This document shows, one piece after another, positions 61,472 through 64,000 of a DNA stretch of 64,000 bases (positions are counted from its first letter, which is position 1; every line of letters begins with the position of its first letter). The DNA is from Armatimonadota bacterium. Lineage in GTDB: Bacteria; Armatimonadota; Hebobacteria; CAIYQO01. The notes beneath the pieces were generated by a model that did no database searches, had not been told where the DNA came from, and was given only the letters and a program-made list of their open reading frames with translations. The stretch is taken from contig JBBRXO010000005.1 of assembly GCA_038248345.1 (NCBI GenBank), positions 94-64,093 of the forward strand. Direction: 5' to 3'. Position numbers and translations under genes: made by a program.

Positions 61472-63445
61472 ATGATGCATGGAAAAATGAAGTTTATCTT
61501 GTTCGTATTGCTGGCGTTTACCAGTATATTGCCAATATGGGCAGATGAGGTAGCGGTAACGGCAACTCCTATACCCGGAGAAGGTACGGTGACTGCGGTC
61601 GCAGTACCGCCGACGAAATTTGCCATATTCTGTACCAGCGCCGATCCCAATAATCTCTTCCGGGCCGGGCAGACAATTAATCTGACAGCTCATATCCAAA
61701 ACCCAGGGATAGCGCGTGAAGTGGTATTTAAATACTTACTGCTGTACGGTTTTTACTGTGTAATAACCTCAGATGCGAAGATTATCAAGTTGGAGGCCAG
61801 CAGCACTACTGATGTGGAACTAACATTCCCCGGTTCTGAGCACTTCCCCAATGGAGCTTATCAAATTTCTTCCTGGTTGGAAGGAGTGAACGTCTTCGGC
61901 GTTTCTTCATTGACTAGTTTGGGAGTGTGGAATGGCCCGGCGATCGCAATGAATGATCGTATCGGCATCAATTATCAGGCATCATTAGTGGGAGACCGAA
62001 CATTGCGCGACATGGACACCTTCAAGCGCGCCGGGGTGGGGTGGCTCCGCTTTCCGCTGCGAGGCTGGTTGAATGTTGAGGGCGCACGTCCACCGCAGGT
62101 TGATATATATGATCCGTTTATCCGGGAGGCTACTAAGAGGAAATATCAGCTTCTCGCTGCATTCTTGCCGAAAGTTACCGTTGATAGGACTGTCTTCCCT
62201 GATCAAGCAGAAAAGGAATATTCCGAGTCATTACTCTCCGCCACTATGCGTTATGAGCGGCAATTGCCGTACTGGGAGCTACAGCGTATTACTGCTTCCT
62301 CTGTATATCTAAATGAGAAGGGGATCGGCTTTAACCAGTTGGTGGCTGGGCATAATGCCATTCGCAAATTCAACAATAATCTCAAACTGATCTACTCTTT
62401 CGAGAGCCCCTTCAAAGATCATGCCGAAGAACTGATGGGACTGAATGGTTTCAGCAATAATGATATTTTGGGGATGCGTTATGATTTCATTGGCATTCCG
62501 GAAAACACCACGTTATCGACACCGCCAGCGATGGGATATCCTGACTTGAAGACGGATATGAAGAAAAGTTTTAAGCGCGATACTACGGCATGGGTGACGG
62601 ATTATGGCTATGATCTACAAAAAACTGTGACACGCCCGCCGCTGCCATTGCATCAGGCGGCCTTCATGGCGCGCGCGCTCATTCTAGACCGTATGGCCGG
62701 GATTGAGCGTTCCTTCTGGCGCTATGACCCCTCCTCTATCAATGAGACGCCCTTCCTGACTGAAGCAGCAGGAGCGACCCCGATGCTACTGGCTTTGCGC
62801 ACCACTGCCGAGCAACTGCGCGGCGCACATTTTGCGCGAGATTTGTCATCAGCGGCATTGGGCATTCGGGCCTACTTGTTCCACTTCGATGACGACTCAC
62901 ACTACACATTGGTGGCATGGAGCGAACAGCAGGTGCCGTCAGGTATTACTATAAAATCTACGGCGAAGAATATTCCGATATTCGACATCTGGGGTAATGT
63001 AATAGAACTAAGTCCGGTGGATAATGTCGCCCTGTTGCAGGTCGATGAATTCCCTCGTTTCGCAAATATGGGCAAGATGAAGGATATTGAGAAGGATATT
63101 AAATTGTATCCATCATTCATTGCATTTGATCACGCTCGCCCAGCACTTACCGGGCCGGATGCCAACGTCATTAAAGTGCATCTGGTGCATGACCCCCGGA
63201 TATTTAAGGGTAAAAAAGTAATCGATATCGATTTTCACGAGTGGCCTGGTAATGGGAAAGTAGACACTATGAAAGCGGTATTGATACCTAATGCGAGTGA
63301 AGATATTGTGCGTCCGCTTTCTTTCCCCCCGAACCCGCGCCCTGGACAACTGTATACGCTGTCTGTAGATATTAAAGATAATTCACGCAAGATCGGTCAT
63401 TTTGACGTAATTGTGGGATACACTCCTCCAGCTCCAAATCAGTGA
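61472..63445 (+). CDS. Secreted protein of unknown function (possibly glycoside-hydrolase-like TIM-barrel fold)
   Basis: Signal peptide MMHGKMKFILFVLLAFTSILPIWA after GGAG. No catalytic motif recognised. Confidence 0.5.
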   Translation: MMHGKMKFILFVLLAFTSILPIWADEVAVTATPIPGEGTVTAVAVPPTKFAIFCTSADPNNLFRAGQTINLTAHIQNPGIAREVVFKYLLLYGFYCVITSDAKIIKLEASSTTDVELTFPGSEHFPNGAYQISSWLEGVNVFGVSSLTSLGVWNGPAIAMNDRIGINYQASLVGDRTLRDMDTFKRAGVGWLRFPLRGWLNVEGARPPQVDIYDPFIREATKRKYQLLAAFLPKVTVDRTVFPDQAEKEYSESLLSATMRYERQLPYWELQRITASSVYLNEKGIGFNQLVAGHNAIRKFNNNLKLIYSFESPFKDHAEELMGLNGFSNNDILGMRYDFIGIPENTTLSTPPAMGYPDLKTDMKKSFKRDTTAWVTDYGYDLQKTVTRPPLPLHQAAFMARALILDRMAGIERSFWRYDPSSINETPFLTEAAGATPMLLALRTTAEQLRGAHFARDLSSAALGIRAYLFHFDDDSHYTLVAWSEQQVPSGITIKSTAKNIPIFDIWGNVIELSPVDNVALLQVDEFPRFANMGKMKDIEKDIKLYPSFIAFDHARPALTGPDANVIKVHLVHDPRIFKGKKVIDIDFHEWPGNGKVDTMKAVLIPNASEDIVRPLSFPPNPRPGQLYTLSVDIKDNSRKIGHFDVIVGYTPPAPNQ

Positions 63446-64000
63446 GTTTTACCGATAAGTTCTTGGGTTAGGCTGCGTGTCTCACCGTCGATCGAAAAGA
63501 TATCTTCCAGCGTTGGTTGCGCGATTTCGTGGTGATAATTGAGCATCTCTTCAATCAGATGCGGAATATCCAGGAAAGATATCTTATGGGCCAGGAAGGC
63601 CGCAACGGCCACCTCATTGGCTGCATTGAGCACAACTGGAAGGGAACCTCCGGTGCGTGCCGCCTGGTGCGCCAAGCGCAAGCAGGGGAAGCGGGTGAAG
63701 TCCGGCGGAGAGAAAGATAATTCGCCTACCTGCAGCAAGTCAAGCGGTGCCCAGTTGTGCGGCAAGCGCGCCGGATAGCCAAGTGCATATTGTATCGGGG
63801 TGTGCATAGTGGGGGCGCCCAGCTGCGCCAGCAGTGTACCATCGCGGAAAGCCACTAACGAATGTACGATGCTCTGCGGGTGGATTATTATGCGAACTTT
63901 TTCCAGTGGCAAGCCAAACAGGTGACTAGCTTCAATTACTTCCAATCCCTTGTTCATCAGTGTCGCTGAGTCAATGGTGATCTTCGCGCCCATCTGCCAA
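63439..64000 (-). CDS. dxr: 1-deoxy-D-xylulose 5-phosphate reductoisomerase, C-terminal part (gene continues beyond the window)
   Basis: ATLMNKGLEVIEASHLFGLP...HPQSIVHSLVAFRDGTLLAQLG...NAANEVAVAAFL matches the Dxr C-terminal domains. The reading frame is open to the window end. Confidence 0.85.
   Translation of the reverse strand, partial: WQMGAKITIDSATLMNKGLEVIEASHLFGLPLEKVRIIIHPQSIVHSLVAFRDGTLLAQLGAPTMHTPIQYALGYPARLPHNWAPLDLLQVGELSFSPPDFTRFPCLRLAHQAARTGGSLPVVLNAANEVAVAAFLAHKISFLDIPHLIEEMLNYHHEIAQPTLEDIFSIDGETRSLTQELIGKTH

Noticed and set aside
1-64000. CRISPR arrays, tRNA and rRNA genes
   Set aside because: No regularly spaced direct repeats and no GGTTCGAATCC-type T-arm signatures were found in any intergenic region. 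All intergenic gaps are under 400 bp.

Overview
This 64 kb window is mostly core bacterial chromosome. Gene content and the HspR/HAIR-type heat-shock control suggest a Chloroflexi- or Actinobacteria-like, facultatively anaerobic organism, but that is inference.

Left to right, the window contains:
- the 3' end of an IS6-family insertion sequence, cut by the window edge;
- a secreted glucosaminidase-domain cell-wall hydrolase;
- a trimeric NuoE/NuoF-type [FeFe] hydrogenase operon (hydC-hydB-hydA) followed by an in-operon atypical receiver protein;
- the dnaK-dnaJ-hspR heat-shock operon behind an HspR-type inverted-repeat (HAIR-like) operator, then rsmI and clpB;
- on the minus strand, a 1370-aa secreted beta-propeller-like protein with an Isf-like flavoprotein;
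- the gltB-gltD glutamate synthase pair (minus strand);
- two convergent GH65 phosphorylases, one fused to beta-phosphoglucomutase;
- tpiA and the rpsF-ssb-rpsR operon with a putative leader and promoter;
- a GC-rich structured intergenic element that may be a non-coding RNA;
- typA, rph-yraN-HAD and rlmN;
- a dense signalling locus (1554-aa hybrid kinase with Hpt, a receiver-kinase fusion, a NarL-type regulator, a pseudo-receiver and a CheC-like protein);
- an AbrB-like regulator, periplasmic adaptor and oversized RND efflux pump operon;
- citrate synthase, a membrane-protein/DUF4129/DUF4350/MoxR cluster, an orphan MalK-type ABC ATPase, a secreted protein and the 3' end of dxr.

No CRISPR array, tRNA or rRNA was recognised. 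The most unusual sequence-level observations are a TSCSPGW variant of the H-cluster L1 motif in HydA, Rex-like operators over the hyd promoter, and the structured intergenic element at about 32.9-33.07 kb.
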